The notes beneath the pieces are model-generated. The model was not told where the DNA came from, did not search any database, and was given only the letters and a program-made list of their open reading frames with translations. Made by a program: the position numbers and the translations under genes. This document shows positions 13,687-25,686 of a stretch of DNA of 64,000 nucleotides, piece by piece (the first letter of the stretch is position 1; each line of letters begins with the position of its first letter). The stretch is from NCBI GenBank assembly GCA_964016885.1, contig OZ024747.1, positions 79,794,001 through 79,858,000 on the forward strand, given 5' to 3'. Source of the stretch: Eledone cirrhosa. Lineage: Eukaryota.

Positions 13687-13907
13687 GTAATTGGTTTCTG
13701 CAGTTTTCACCTATCAAATTTTACTTACAAGCCATTAAGCTACCTGAGATTATAGTAGAAGACACTTGATCAAGGTATCATGCAGTAAGTCTGAATCCAG
13801 AAGCAACTTATTGTGAAGCGAACTCCTTAAACACCCAGCCATGCTCTAAATCATTATATTTCACCATTATTATACTGACTAACACTAGTTCTTATTCTCT
13901 GCTTCAG

Positions 13908-14062
13908 AAAAGGTCGAAAGTTGGCTCTATATCTTGCACTCCTTCTCAGCATTGTTACTGTCTTTCCAATTTATTTTGTTGAAAGTGTTGAAGCACTAGC
14001 CACACTCCGTTTCTTTGCTGGTTCATCTGGAGCCAGTATTTTTATGGTCGCATTTATTCTTG
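13908..14062 (+). CDS. SLC22 exon KGRKLALYLALLLSIV...LRFFAGSSGASIFMVAFIL
   Basis: ttcag acceptor, gtgagt donor; GRK motif and LRF..G of TM4. Confidence 0.92.
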
Positions 14063-14634
14063 GTGAGTTGATACATTTCTTGGATAAATTATAATTAAAA
14101 CCTAGTTTTAAATATCTATTGATGACATTTCACAAATTTCTAATATTTGTAAATTCATTTGACTCCCCTATTATATCAACTTAACTAGAGAGTCCCCATA
14201 CAGTTCTTTGACTTGCTAGAAATCATAGCCAAGTCTCCCTCAATTTACACTCCATTGTCTATAAAATAAGACTACATTGGAGGATATAGTGGCTAATAAT
14301 TGTTTCTACTTTTGGCACAAGGCCAACAATGACCTCAGTGCATTACTGGTACTTTATTTTATCGACCCCGTAAGGATGAAAGGCAAAGTTAACTTTAACG
14401 GGATTTGAACTCAGACTGTAAAAGACCTTAACTCTATGCTGCAAATTAAATTGTTTACAATAGTGGGGATGCTCCCCCCATCACAGTATATAAACTTTGC
14501 AATCTTAATATACATATTATCAATGCAGATCATGACTAATTTCCTCAAAATTTGGATTATAATGATTCAGGTACTAATGAAATCTTGAAACATTTAGATA
14601 AATTTATATTAATACACTTTTATCTTCTTTGCAG

Positions 14635-14803
14635 CCATGGAAATGGTACCTCATTCTCACAGATCTCTTGTTGGTTTGTTATGTCATATAGCATTTGGTA
14701 TTGGTCAAATGGCTATGGCTGGAATCGCTTATTTGGTCAAAGATTGGCATAATCTCAGTCTAGCAGCATCTGTTATCTTTCTACCATTTTTCCTATACTG
14801 GTT
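14635..14803 (+). CDS. SLC22 exon (A)MEMVPHSHRSLVG...AYLVKDWHNL...FFLYW
   Basis: ttgcag acceptor, gtaagt donor; E..P..R and AY...DW motifs. Confidence 0.92.
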
Positions 14804-15124
14804 GTAAGTTTACACTGATATTTTTTTCACTTTCACATAATTTCTTTAAGATAAAATTGTAGTTCTCCAGGCCATAATAGGTGAGCTTAAGACTGGGAAA
14901 ATCTGTATGCTATTAATCTAGTCTTATAACTACATTTGTGGAAGATTTAGAGAAGAAATACAAGTTATTGAAACAAACCATAAAATCAAAAGAGCTCAGA
15001 GTAAGCTTATCAAAGAGCAAAGTTTTAGTTAGTAAGAAAGAAGATAAGACCATGATACAATCTGGTAAACAACTATAATAATATATAGAAAAGGAATTTT
15101 ATGGAAAATATGTATACATCATTT

Positions 15125-15452
15125 CATCATCATTACATTTTACGTCCGCTTTTTCCGTTTGCAAGGGTGGGACGGAAACTGATTCTGGCTTGATTTCTAC
15201 AGCTGGATGCCCTTCCTAACACCAACCTCATTTACAGTGAGTGCTGGGTGCTTTTTTTGCCGTGGCACCTCCACGACCATGGAATGATATGGACCCCAGT
15301 CCCTATCATCTCATTTCTACAGCTGAGTAAACTGGAGCAATGTGAAATAAAGTGTCTTGCTCAAGGAAACAACACATCACCCGGTCTGAGAATTGAACTT
15401 ACAACCTTTCGATTGCAAGGCCAATGCTCTAACCACTAAGCCATGTGCCTCC
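15125..15452 (-). mobile_element. tRNA-derived SINE with RTE-like 3' tail
   Basis: Near-identical reverse complement of 23217-23543; A/B-box-like head TGGCTTAGTGG / GTTCAATTC. Confidence 0.88.
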
Positions 15453-15459
15453 ACAATAG

Positions 15460-16180
15460 ATATACTTTGGGTAGCCATACACAATAGATATACTTGCGGT
15501 AGCAGACTGGCTAACAGAGAAAAAAGATTAGTTGATAGTAAGAGCATCAGCAAGGAAGGTTCCATAGAAAAAGGTGATGGTTGCTATTATCAAGGTGACT
15601 TGATTAGCAATGGAGGAGGTTACTCTGATTGCATAGTATCTAGAATAAGAACAGGATGGAAGAAAGGAAGTCTCTGACTCTTTTGGGAACAAAGGGTTTC
15701 TCTCTGAGCAAAAGATAGATTGTATGATGCTCATGGGAGGAGTGCGATGTTGCATGATAGTGAGACATGGATAGTGAGTACAGTGGATATGTGATGACTG
15801 GAGAAAAATGAATCGAACATACTTAGTTGGATATGTAACATTAGTGTGCATAATTTAGCAAAGCATGGATGAGCTAAGAGAAAAACTGAGGAATTAGATG
15901 CAGTGTGCAAGAGAGAAGTTTGCACTGGTATGGACACATGATGCATATGGATGATCATCATTGGGTGAAGAATTGCCAACAGTTTCCAGTAAAAGGAAGC
16001 TACACTAGAGGAAAACCACATAAGACTTGGGCAGAAATGGTGAAAGCTGATCTCAGAACACTGAACCTCACAGAGAAGATGACAAAGGAACTCAACAAGT
16101 GGAGGGATGTTGTAATGGAGAAGAGCTGCCCAACCCATGCAAATATGGAAAAAATGGACATAAGAATGATGATGATGATA
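15460..16180 (+). mobile_element. Degraded RTE 3' fragment
   Basis: ISNGGG.S...RIRTGWKK, QER.L.WYGH, GKP.KTW; (GAT)n tail. Confidence 0.85.
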
Positions 16181-16830
16181 AACCAATATCTATACTTGAA
16201 AGCTTATGACAGTTATAAGAGCAATATTTTGATATATTCTATAATTGATTTTACTTGTTTGAATGGTTGAATGGCTCTGTCAATCTGAAGTTTTGTCTGA
16301 ATTATCAAAGAATGTATATATATTTTATCTTTATAATATCAACTAACTTGAAAATGAAAAATTAGAGAGATTTTTCTTTTAAAAATTTTTACAATTAATG
16401 AAAGATTCTTCCATCTTTATTCATCAATATTTTGGGGTTTATTCTTCATGAGTGAGATTTGTGTAAAAGATTCCATTTGAGATAGAAAAATCATGCAAAA
16501 TATTGATTATAGAAACAAGAAAGAAATATATTCTCATATTTCCCAAACTGGATAAAAATTTCTTTTTGTTTTTGATTTTTGATTCTCCATTTTTTTTTTC
16601 TTTTCACCAGTGAATTCTTTATCAGTACCCACATAAAAATATTTCTCCAAATATTTTTTTATATATGTATATTAAATATTCAAGCTAGGTCTTCACTTTG
16701 AGGATAACTTCATCCCTTCTTTCCATTAGTTTCAGAAGCCCTAAAAACAGGCATGAGTGCTGTCTTTCCTCTACTGTCTAAGACTTTCAAAAAAGAAAAA
16801 TAAACAAAAAAATATATAACTAACTCTTAA

Positions 16831-17090
16831 CCCTTTAGCATTTAAACCGGCCGTATCTGGCTAAAATTCTCTCGTCTCTTTCTGTTCAAACCGGCTGTAC
16901 CTGGCCCCTCATATCTGGCCAGAACTCTCTCTCTGTTCAAACTGGCCGTTCATACCTACATTAAGGTATTTTTTTCAAAATAAATAACATCAAAATCTCA
17001 TAGATTCGATATTATGAGATAATTATGTAAGATAAAGCCTTTACCACAAAAATACAATAGTAAATATAGAGTAATGTAAATGCTAAATGG
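16831..17090. mobile_element. piggyBac-type MITE (TTAA TSD, CCCTTTAGCATTTA TIR)
   Basis: ttaa|CCCTTTAGCATTTA ... TAAATGCTAAATGG|ttaa; same family at six other sites. Confidence 0.85.
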
Positions 17091-17117
17091 TTAATTATAT
17101 ATATATATATTTTCCAG

Positions 17118-17342
17118 TATCATAGATGAATCTCCAAGATGGCTAATTTCCAAAGGTCAATTTGAAGATGCAAAAAAACTTTTTGAAAAAATCGCCAAAA
17201 GAAATAAAACAGTATTTTCTCCATCTTCGCTGCAAAGTCAAGATACACTAGTTGAACCCAAAACAATTGAAAAAGTCAGTTTTATTCATTTGTTCAAGTC
17301 AAAAATCTTATTAGCACGATGTGCGGTAATTTCCATCAACTG
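17118..17342 (+). CDS. SLC22 exon (F)IIDESPRWLISKGQFEDAKKLFEKIAKRN...
   Basis: ttccag acceptor, gtaaga donor; ESPRWL signature. Confidence 0.94.
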
Positions 17343-18464
17343 GTAAGAACTATTTCATTAAAATCTAAATTTGATTTCAAGCTAAAATTTTCTAAATTTT
17401 TCACTGTAAAACATTTTATCATTCTAACTTAAATTTCCAAACATTTCACAATAAAATATTCTTTCATCCTAACTTAAGACAGATTAAAAATACATCTTTT
17501 TTCAACATTGAACAAATTTATTACCTCTGGATAAGTCTGTGGGAATGACCTGTTGCATTATTATAAATAATAGGAGTCAGTTCTTTGGGAATTCTAACTA
17601 ACACACAGTACACTCTGTAAAGTGGTTGGTAATAGGAAGGGCACCCATTCACAGAAAGCTTCACAAAGGGTTAGAAGGACTCTTCAATTGTGTCAAAGAC
17701 ATGACAACACCCCTAATGTTGGTGACATAAATACACTCAGTACATTCTGTAAAGTGGTTGTTGATAGGAAGAGCATCCAGTCATAGAAAATCTGCCAAAC
17801 AAATGGTCAGGAGGACTCCTCAATCATGTCAAAGACAAGACAACTCCCCCAGTGTTGGTGATGTGATAAAATGTCCTTGGTAGAGTATATGAATGTATGT
17901 AAATGAGATGTAGACCTTCAGCCCATTTGCTTCAGGTCAGTAGCTCTGCTTGAGTATTGACTCAGTTTGTGACGACCCATCCAACTCTTACTAGCAAGAA
18001 AGACAGATGTTAAACGACGACGACGATGATGATAATGACGATGATGATGGTGATGGTGATGATGATGGTGATGGTGATGATGATGATGATGTGATGATGA
18101 TGATGATGATGGTGATGGTGATAAACATGGACACAGAGCCTCATATATTTTGGAGTAGGGATATAGTTGATATTATCAATGACAAAACTTCACTATTACT
18201 TTATTGAATTCTTCTTTTATGATAATTCCATTCAGATCTGGGATGCATTAGAATAGAATGATAGAATGGACCTCCACCAGTTTTGATGATGAATATACCA
18301 GTTGTTTGGGCATTGAAGCAGTTTGCTCATGAAATTAATGCACAAGTGACTGAGCATTCCAGAGCTTGGTTGAATTGCCCTACCTACTTAAATCATTTCT
18401 TATTTTGATTTTTAGTTTGACATGAGAAAGCAGGGAGTAAATTAGTTTGTCTTCTCTTTTGCAG

Positions 18465-18688
18465 GGTAGTTGTGAACATGGTTTTTTATGGACTACTCTT
18501 TGGTGTTGGAAATCTTGGATTGAATATATACTTAAGTTCATTTCTATTTGCTGCTGTAGAGTTTCCAGCCTATATTATTCTCTATTTCACTTTGGACAAA
18601 TGGGGAAGAAAGCCTCTTTATTGCTCATCAATATTATTATGTGGACTTGCTTGTGCTTCATCATCAATTGTATATATTTGGGGAAAAG
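18465..18688 (+). CDS. SLC22 exon (W)VVVNMVFYGL...VEFPAY...DKWGRKPL...
   Basis: ttgcag acceptor, gtttgt donor; FYGL, VE.PAY and D..GRK motifs. Confidence 0.93.
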
Positions 18689-19433
18689 GTTTGTACTAAT
18701 TTTAAAATACTTATCTGAGCATATAGCTGAAGAACATCATTAAAGTTTTATTTTTTATAGGGTCAAGAATTTCACTCTTTTAACCCTTTTGTTTCCATAT
18801 TTCTAATGAAAGATACTGCCTATAGTTTTCAAATAATTTTGAATACAATTTGGAGTGATTTATTATAAATAACTTTCTATAAAGTTGGTGTTTGAACAGA
18901 ACTATGAACAAAGAGTTCCAACCATGCCCATTTTCCCCCTAGACATAGTCCACCCAGAACTGTATGTTTGTCCTTTTTTAAAATGGTAGAGAGATTTAAG
19001 GAAAATGTCATTGTTATTTATAATTGGTCAAACAACCATAAAGAGACTTCTCGATTGGCTCAGAAAAGACAGTGTTTAAAATCTGTAGTAGCTAAGATGC
19101 TAAATGATTCTGAATAAGTTACTCACATATGATAAGTTTAAACCTTTCCACAAGTAGAGTAATTTGATAAAGCTCAACATTTAACTCAGTCTTCAGGGCC
19201 AAATGAAAAATGAGAATAATCCCATTTAGTTGGATAATTCATTAGAATAAGTTTCTGCATCCCTCTGTAAAACATGTGAGAATTTGTGTAAATATCTCAA
19301 TGTTCAGATATATCCATCTCATATGTAAAAATAAATATCTTTAGTTCCCTTTGCTCTCAATGAAGAACTGAGCAACAAGAGAAAATATAAATAACTCATT
19401 TCTAGATTATATATTTTGATGGTTACCTTTCAG

Positions 19434-19615
19434 ATTTATTTGGTTTGGCTCTATTTCTGGTACTGTTAGGAAAATTTGGTGTATCTGCAGCTTCTACTGT
19501 CATTTTTAACATAGCGTCAGAAACTTTGCCCACAGTTATACGCAATTCTGCATTTGGCCTCTGTTCATGTCTTGGAAGAATAGGTGGAATGACAGCCCCT
19601 TACATAACACTCCTG
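19434..19615 (+). CDS. SLC22 exon (D)LFGLALFLVLLGKFG...SETLPTVIRNSAFG...GRIGGMTAPY
   Basis: ttcag acceptor, gtaag donor; GKFG, E..PTVIR and RIG...APY motifs. Confidence 0.94.
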
Positions 19616-19943
19616 GTAAGAATGTTTTACAGTATTTTATTCTATACATGTTAATGCTGGTGCCATGAGAAAAGCATCCAGTCCACTGTTAAGTGGTAGT
19701 GGTAGTGCTACAAGAAAAGCACCAAGTTCCCCAAGAAGTGATAGTGGAGGTGCTACAAGAAAATGTATCTGGTACACACTGTGAAGTGGCTGACATTATG
19801 AAGGGCATCTAATAATTAAAAAAAACCATCCTGAAATGTAACATATGAGCAAGACCACCATTTGACCAGCCTGTTTAGCCTCAGTGCATGACAATCTAAC
19901 TGCTGCAGGCATGGAAAATAGACAATGATGATGATGATATTAA

Positions 19944-20154
19944 CCCTTTAGCATTTACATTACTCTATATTTACTATAGTATTTTCTCTATAGTAAGCTT
20001 TATTTCACATATTATCTTACATAATATCGAATCTATGAAATTTTGATGTTATTTATTTTGAGATCAATACCTGAACATCAGTATGAATGGCCAGTTACAG
20101 CCGGTTTGAACAGAAAGAGGTGAGAGAATTCTGGCCGGTTTAAATGCTAAAGGG
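19944..20154. mobile_element. piggyBac-type MITE, opposite orientation
   Basis: ttaa|CCCTTTAGCATTTA ... TAAATGCTAAAGGG|ttaa. Confidence 0.88.
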
Positions 20155-21264
20155 TTAATTCATTTTTATTTTTTTAATTAAAAAAGCTACAAGGCAGCAA
20201 AGCTACAAGGCAGCAGAGTTGTTAGATCAGAGGAGAATTCTTTGAGGAATTTGTTCCAGCTCTCCGTACTCTGAGTTCAAATCCTGCCAAATACTACTTT
20301 GCCTTTTGTCCTTTTGAGGTTGATAAATTAGTACCAGTTGAATACTGGAGTCGTTTCTTGCTGTATATCTCTTTCTCACTTTCTCACTTTCTCTTTCCTG
20401 CTTTCACTCTCTATTTCGTTGGAAGAAATCGTTCCTAAAAGGATGAAAGGCAAAGTGAACTTTGGCAGGACTGGAACTCAGTATGCAGAGTCCAGGAACA
20501 AATATCCAAGCCTAACAACTGCCTTAGAAGTAGATATAATTACCAAAAATTAAACAAGAAAAAAGAAAAAGAAAAAGTCGTCCATTTGTTTGAATTTATC
20601 TTTCAACTGGAGAGTTTCAATTTGTATTTTGAACTCAACAGAAACTGATGGAAACAAATTTTCTATTTCCATAAAATGTATTTTTTTTTGTAAGTATGCA
20701 CGTATACATGCATACTTACATTTAAGTAAGTGCCATACTAAGAGTGAGAAATGAAATTTCGTTTTCATTTTGTTTCAATTTATCGTTTTCGGTATGCCTG
20801 ACCGATTTAACTCACTCAATATGCAAATTAGGCTGCTCAGCCGTTAATTTTCATAAGGAAAGTATATACTTTCGAACGTTCAACTATCTGGCAGATGGGT
20901 AAACGGTGCTGATGATAGCTAACAAGCTTGAAACTAGTACATCGTTCCTGTGTCAGTGTTGAACAAAAAGGTGACGTGGTTGCCTTAACACCGTATGGCA
21001 TAAATTCAGGCTGTTCAGTTTGTTTACAAACGAACAAAGCGACGTTAGCGCCGCTAAACTGATACGTGCATATATGTATGTGTACCTGTATGCATATGTA
21101 TATATATATGTATATATATATATATATGTGCATGCTACTGTACGTCTGTATACATATATGTATGTACGTATACATGCATACTTACATTTAAGTAAGTGCC
21201 ATACTAAGAGTGAGAAATGAAATTTCGTTTTCATTTTGTTTCAATGTATTTTTTTTTATTTCAG

Positions 21265-21416
21265 GGAAATTACATACCCTCTAAATTTGGTAGAAGTTTG
21301 CCACTTCTTGTTTTTGGAGTAGCAGCTTTATTAGCAGGGCTTCTCTCTCTTACTCTCCCTGAGACTTTGGGTAAAAATTTACCTGACACAATTGAAGATG
21401 GAGAAAAATTTGGAAG
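21265..21416 (+). CDS. SLC22 exon GNYIPSKFGRSLPLLVFG...LPETLGKNLPDTIEDGEKFG
   Basis: ttcag acceptor, gtaatt donor; LPET.G..LPDTIED signature. Confidence 0.94.
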
Positions 21417-21539
21417 GTAATTATAACAACAGGTAATACTGAAATAGTTCTTTCAGGTTAGGAAATAAGTGGTGGAAAACTTTATTTTTCCAGTTCAATA
21501 AGCTAACATACTTTCACACACACACACATATATATACAT

Positions 21540-21890
21540 ATGATGGCTGCTCCCTCGTTATCGAGTATGGCCATTGCATGATATACCATTATTAATAATT
21601 ATTAATTAATTCCATCGTGCAATGCCTGTGCGTGAAGATATTTTTAAAGTGAGGAAAGACTGTGCACTGAGCCAATCCCACTCTCTGAGCGACAGTAGCT
21701 ATATCCGAAAAGAAGAAACGATCAACATCATCGGTAACTACTGAGCCGCAGGCTTTATATCGGAGTTATCTCAGTTTCCTGAGTTGCCTTTTCTTAGAAG
21801 AATGCCGACAAAGGCTAGGGGTTCTTCACACCCAGTGGTTTAACCGCGCAATCGGGTGTCCAGCCCGACTATTTCTATGTCTCCGCGCAT
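21540..21890 (-). mobile_element. Probable bipartite non-autonomous RTE derivative
   Basis: GC-richer insert in a (CA/TA) microsatellite; segments recall RTE 5'UTR (..CTAAGAAAAGGCAACTC) and 3' ends. Assignment from memory only. Confidence 0.4.
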
Positions 21891-22182
21891 ATACATACAC
21901 ATGCACCCATGCGTATACACACACATATATATAACAGGTAAAGGATGATTAACACGGATAAGTGATATAATAGGGTTTTATTCCAAGCATTAACATATTC
22001 CTTGGTACAGATTACGTTACCTGAGCTTAGGTAACCTTAAACGATATCTTGTTTAATTTGATATATATATATCATCATCGTCATTGTTTTAACATCTATC
22101 TTCCATGCTAGCATGGATATGTATTAGAATCCATGCTAAAAGTTTTAACCAAATTCTAATTATTTTCTATTTATTTTATCAG

Positions 22183-22243
22183 GGAGGAAAAGACTACTAA
22201 AGAATTTGTGTCAATGACTCATTTTAAGAAAACAGACTTGTGA
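22183..22243 (+). CDS. SLC22 terminal exon (R)EEKTTKEFVSMTHFKKTDL*
   Basis: Polypyrimidine tract plus atcag acceptor, phase matches the previous exon, TGA at 22241-22243. Confidence 0.78.
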
Positions 22244-22357
22244 ATATACATTCTCCAGTTTTTCTTGATCAAAAAGGAAGAAAAAAGGATGGATAGGTTA
22301 AACAATCAGGTTTATAAACGAAATTATTAATTAGTTTGAGGTGTTTTGAAATATTAT

Positions 22358-22452
22358 TACATTTGTACATTGTTCTATGTACTATATATGCACCTTTGAT
22401 GAGTTGTAGTGCACCTGAGCACCGTACACAATCATTTTCATTATTATTATTA
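22358..22452 (+). mobile_element. Short 3' fragment of the same CR1-type LINE, inside the SLC22 3'UTR
   Basis: TTTGATGAGTTGTAGTGCACCTGAGCAC.GTACACAAT..(ATT)n matches 6491-6548. Confidence 0.85.
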
Positions 22453-23216
22453 AGATAAATTAAGGTTGCAATTAACCCTTTTGATACCAAACTGCCTGAA
22501 ACTGTACCCTATTCTACAATACAAAGCTGTTTGTTTCAAAGTGTTTACATTCATTTAAAACCTGCCATCATAATTTCATGTAAGAACCTTTGTTAAATGG
22601 TGTTTTAAATACCAGCTTAATAATGAGAAAATTAGTTATATTGCTAAATCTCTCAAAATTCTGTTATTTTCAAAATTATTTAAAAGTCATAGGGAGTGTC
22701 TTTTATTAGAAATATGGTAACAAAATCATAACCTTGCCCTCATTTGGAGAATCTCAAGCAGTCTGTCAAACAGACACAAATCCTATTCACTTAAATCTTG
22801 CTGTCTTTGATGCTACAATGCTCTAGTGTTGAAATTTGATCTCAAGACTATGAAACAACAAATTAAGATACTATAATAATAATATTATATTTGAAGAAGG
22901 TGCATATGTATACATAATTTGAAATGTGTGTCTTCACCAAAGTAATAGTTAATCACTATAAATAGTTGAGAAAATCAGATAAAGTAACTTGTAGAAGAAA
23001 GAAGTGGATAGAGTTACTTTACTGCAGTCATTTGCATTGGGATGCACACATTTCAAATTTTCCCAATGATTCATAAGTTAACTGTTTTATATATACATAT
23101 ATTTAAATTTAATTATATAATAAACAACACAATATAATTATTCCATTACCCAAGGTTTCACGAAGTTAGATGATTCTAACAGAAACGTCTGGTTCGTTTA
23201 TCAGATAGATATTTCT

Positions 23217-23543
23217 GGAGGCACATGGCTTAGTGGTTAGAGCATTGGCCTTGCAATCGAAAGGTTGTGAGTTCAATTCTCAGACCGGGTGATGTGTTGT
23301 TTCCTTGAGCAAGACACTTTATTTCACATTGCTCCAGTTTACTCAGCTGTAGAAATGAGATGAGAGGGGACTGGGGTCCATATCATTCCACTGCAAAGTG
23401 GTCGTGGAGGTGCCACAGCAAAAAAGCACCCAGCACTCACTGTAAATGAGGTTGGTGTTAGGAAGGGCGTCCAGCCAGAATCAGTTCCCGTCCCACCCTT
23501 GCAAGCAGGGAAAAGCAGACTAAAATGATGATGATGATGATGA
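23217..23543 (+). mobile_element. tRNA-derived SINE with RTE-like 3' tail
   Basis: Pol III-like head, TCCTTGAGCAAGACACTT core, tail GGTTGGTGTTAGGAAGGGC.TCCAGC..(GAT)n shared with the RTE 3'UTR at 30480-30754. Confidence 0.9.
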
Positions 23544-24071
23544 TATTTCATCTGATGAACGAAGACTTTAATCTAAATTGGAAACTCTAAAAATGGGTGT
23601 TTTTATTTCATAGAACCAGAGCCGGTTTTGGCAGGATTGGTAACTAAAGGGTTAAAAAAACAAAAAAACAACCTATTTTACAGTTCCTTCTTGAATTAAA
23701 ACTTTCTAACATAATCCTTTTATGTTGCAAATACCACATTAATTTTTTCTAATATTAATTAATCCAAATACAGTAGAAATATAGTAACAAAAAGGTTATG
23801 GAGTTATTTGGTTAATTCAATGTATTTATTCAACGATTTTCATTTTTTCGTGGCATTATTGATATTGTACATAAAGAAACTATATTAATAGACCACCTTC
23901 ACATAAATATAAGTTTAATAGTATCTTTGTATGTGTGAAATATTTTGGCACAAATGCTGCTTTATCAGCTAATAGAACATATTGTATTTGATCTAAAACA
24001 GACTTAACCCTTTTTCAATATTTCTAATAAGATATACTGTGTATCAATTATGAAAATTTGAAGACTTTAAA

Positions 24072-24259
24072 CCCTTAAGCGTTTAAACTGGCCAGAATTC
24101 TCTCACCTCTTTCTGTTCAAACTGGCCACTCATACTGATGTTAAGGTATTGTTTTCAAAATAAACAATAATAAAATCCCTTAGATTCTATATTATGTTAG
24201 GCAAAGCCTTTACCACGATAATACAATAGTATATATAGAGTAATGTAAATGCTAAGGGG
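24072..24259. mobile_element. piggyBac-type MITE
   Basis: Same internal sequence and TIRs as 16831-17090. Confidence 0.8.
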
Positions 24260-25648
24260 TTAATCTTTTCATTAGTAAGCTGAGAGTTGAAACATTACTT
24301 AACAAAAATTTCTCATATTAAATACCTTCCATCATAATTTTATTTCAGTTTGAAAAATTAAGAAAATGAGCAGTTGTATAGCATAAAACCAGGACAGTTT
24401 CTGGCTGGCATCAAAAGAATTAATTCTTTCAATTTTTCTAACAAGCAAACTTTTTTTGAAATTAAGCTGAATAGTATATTTCTTCAAATAAAATAGTTAA
24501 AATTCTCTTTTTAGTCCTTTATAATTTTGCAAAATCAAACAGTGAAATATTTATAACCAAAAGAAAAAAAGTCCAAGTATATGATTGAACTTGTCATCAT
24601 TTTTTACTGCAAGTGTACAATAATATATTTAAAAAAAAGTGTCCTTGATAATGCTAAAGTTTTTGTACCTGTAGTTTGCTGCTGACATACATGTAAAGCA
24701 TGTTTCATACAGAGTCTAAATAATAATCTTAATCGGAAAATCTTTTCAGATCCACAACTGTTAGTAGCCATATCTAAGTATGCTGTTTCATATAATTAGT
24801 CCGTCAAGTCTTTATCAATGGAATATTGCAAAATTGAATAAACAAAGTATAAAAATGAAAAAGAAAATAGTTTTATTTTTATTTATTAGCAAATATTTTA
24901 TTAGTTTCTTTTATTTTCAGAGAACAATAATAAAAAAAAATGTTCTCAAACATAGGTATATAAGTATATACTAAACAATGTTTATAATAATATTAGTAAA
25001 AAAAACAAAACAAGCAAAAGCATGTAATGATATCACAGTGAAATTATATGTTGAAATGAGAAATACTTTCAAGAAACTTCCTCACAGTTCCCACCTTATG
25101 AACTTCTGTAGATACAAACAGTTTCACAAAGAAAAGAAAATTTTTTCTGTTTGAAATTTGCTTGTTTGTAGCCTCTTTCAGATCCTGGGCCCCTTTTTTG
25201 CAGCATAAAAAAAAAGGGTTCATTCTTTTGCAGCTTAAAAACAAGCTGAAATTGTACCTACGGTATGGGATACCATTGTTTTCACAGAATTAAAAATGTA
25301 CTTTTTTTTTCTTTAAAACTTTACTGTCATTAGCTTTACAGTTTTTAAATTAATTATTATGTTATATATACCTCTATATAACATGTTATATATACCTCTA
25401 TATACTGTATATATACACCTCTATATTACATGTTATATATACAACTATATACTGTTATATATACCACTATTTACATGTTATATATACCTCTATATATATA
25501 TCACTCATATGGAAACCTGTAGTATTAATGTAACATATATGGGCTTACTGGTACGTACTGTGTTAGACGATCAACTTACAAACAAATTAACTAATGAATG
25601 GCCTCTTGGAACGTTACTTGTTTGTAAGTTGGGGACTTACTGTATATA

Positions 25649-25686
<38 letters not shown>

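Larger units (their letters stand above)
630..22243 (+). other. SLC22-family (organic cation/anion transporter-like, MFS) gene span, 5'-incomplete; 9 coding exons in window
   Basis: Exons 630-843, 6703-6806, 13908-14062, 14635-14803, 17118-17342, 18465-18688, 19434-19615, 21265-21416, 22183-22243 all have AG/GT ends and join in frame (1486 nt = 1 + 495 codons incl. stop). Motifs: RC..loop..W.YD, NLVCD, SDQKGRK, ESPRW, DKWGRK, ETLPTVIRN, LPET. Confidence 0.93.

Noticed and set aside
23217-23290. tRNA gene
   Set aside because: The tRNA-like head continues into SINE core and tail, has a twin at 15380-15452, and shows no convincing acceptor stem
25572-25631. Fifth hammerhead-like hairpin (CUAAUGA...GGAA)
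   Set aside because: Both core boxes are mutated and stem II is poor; at most a decayed relative
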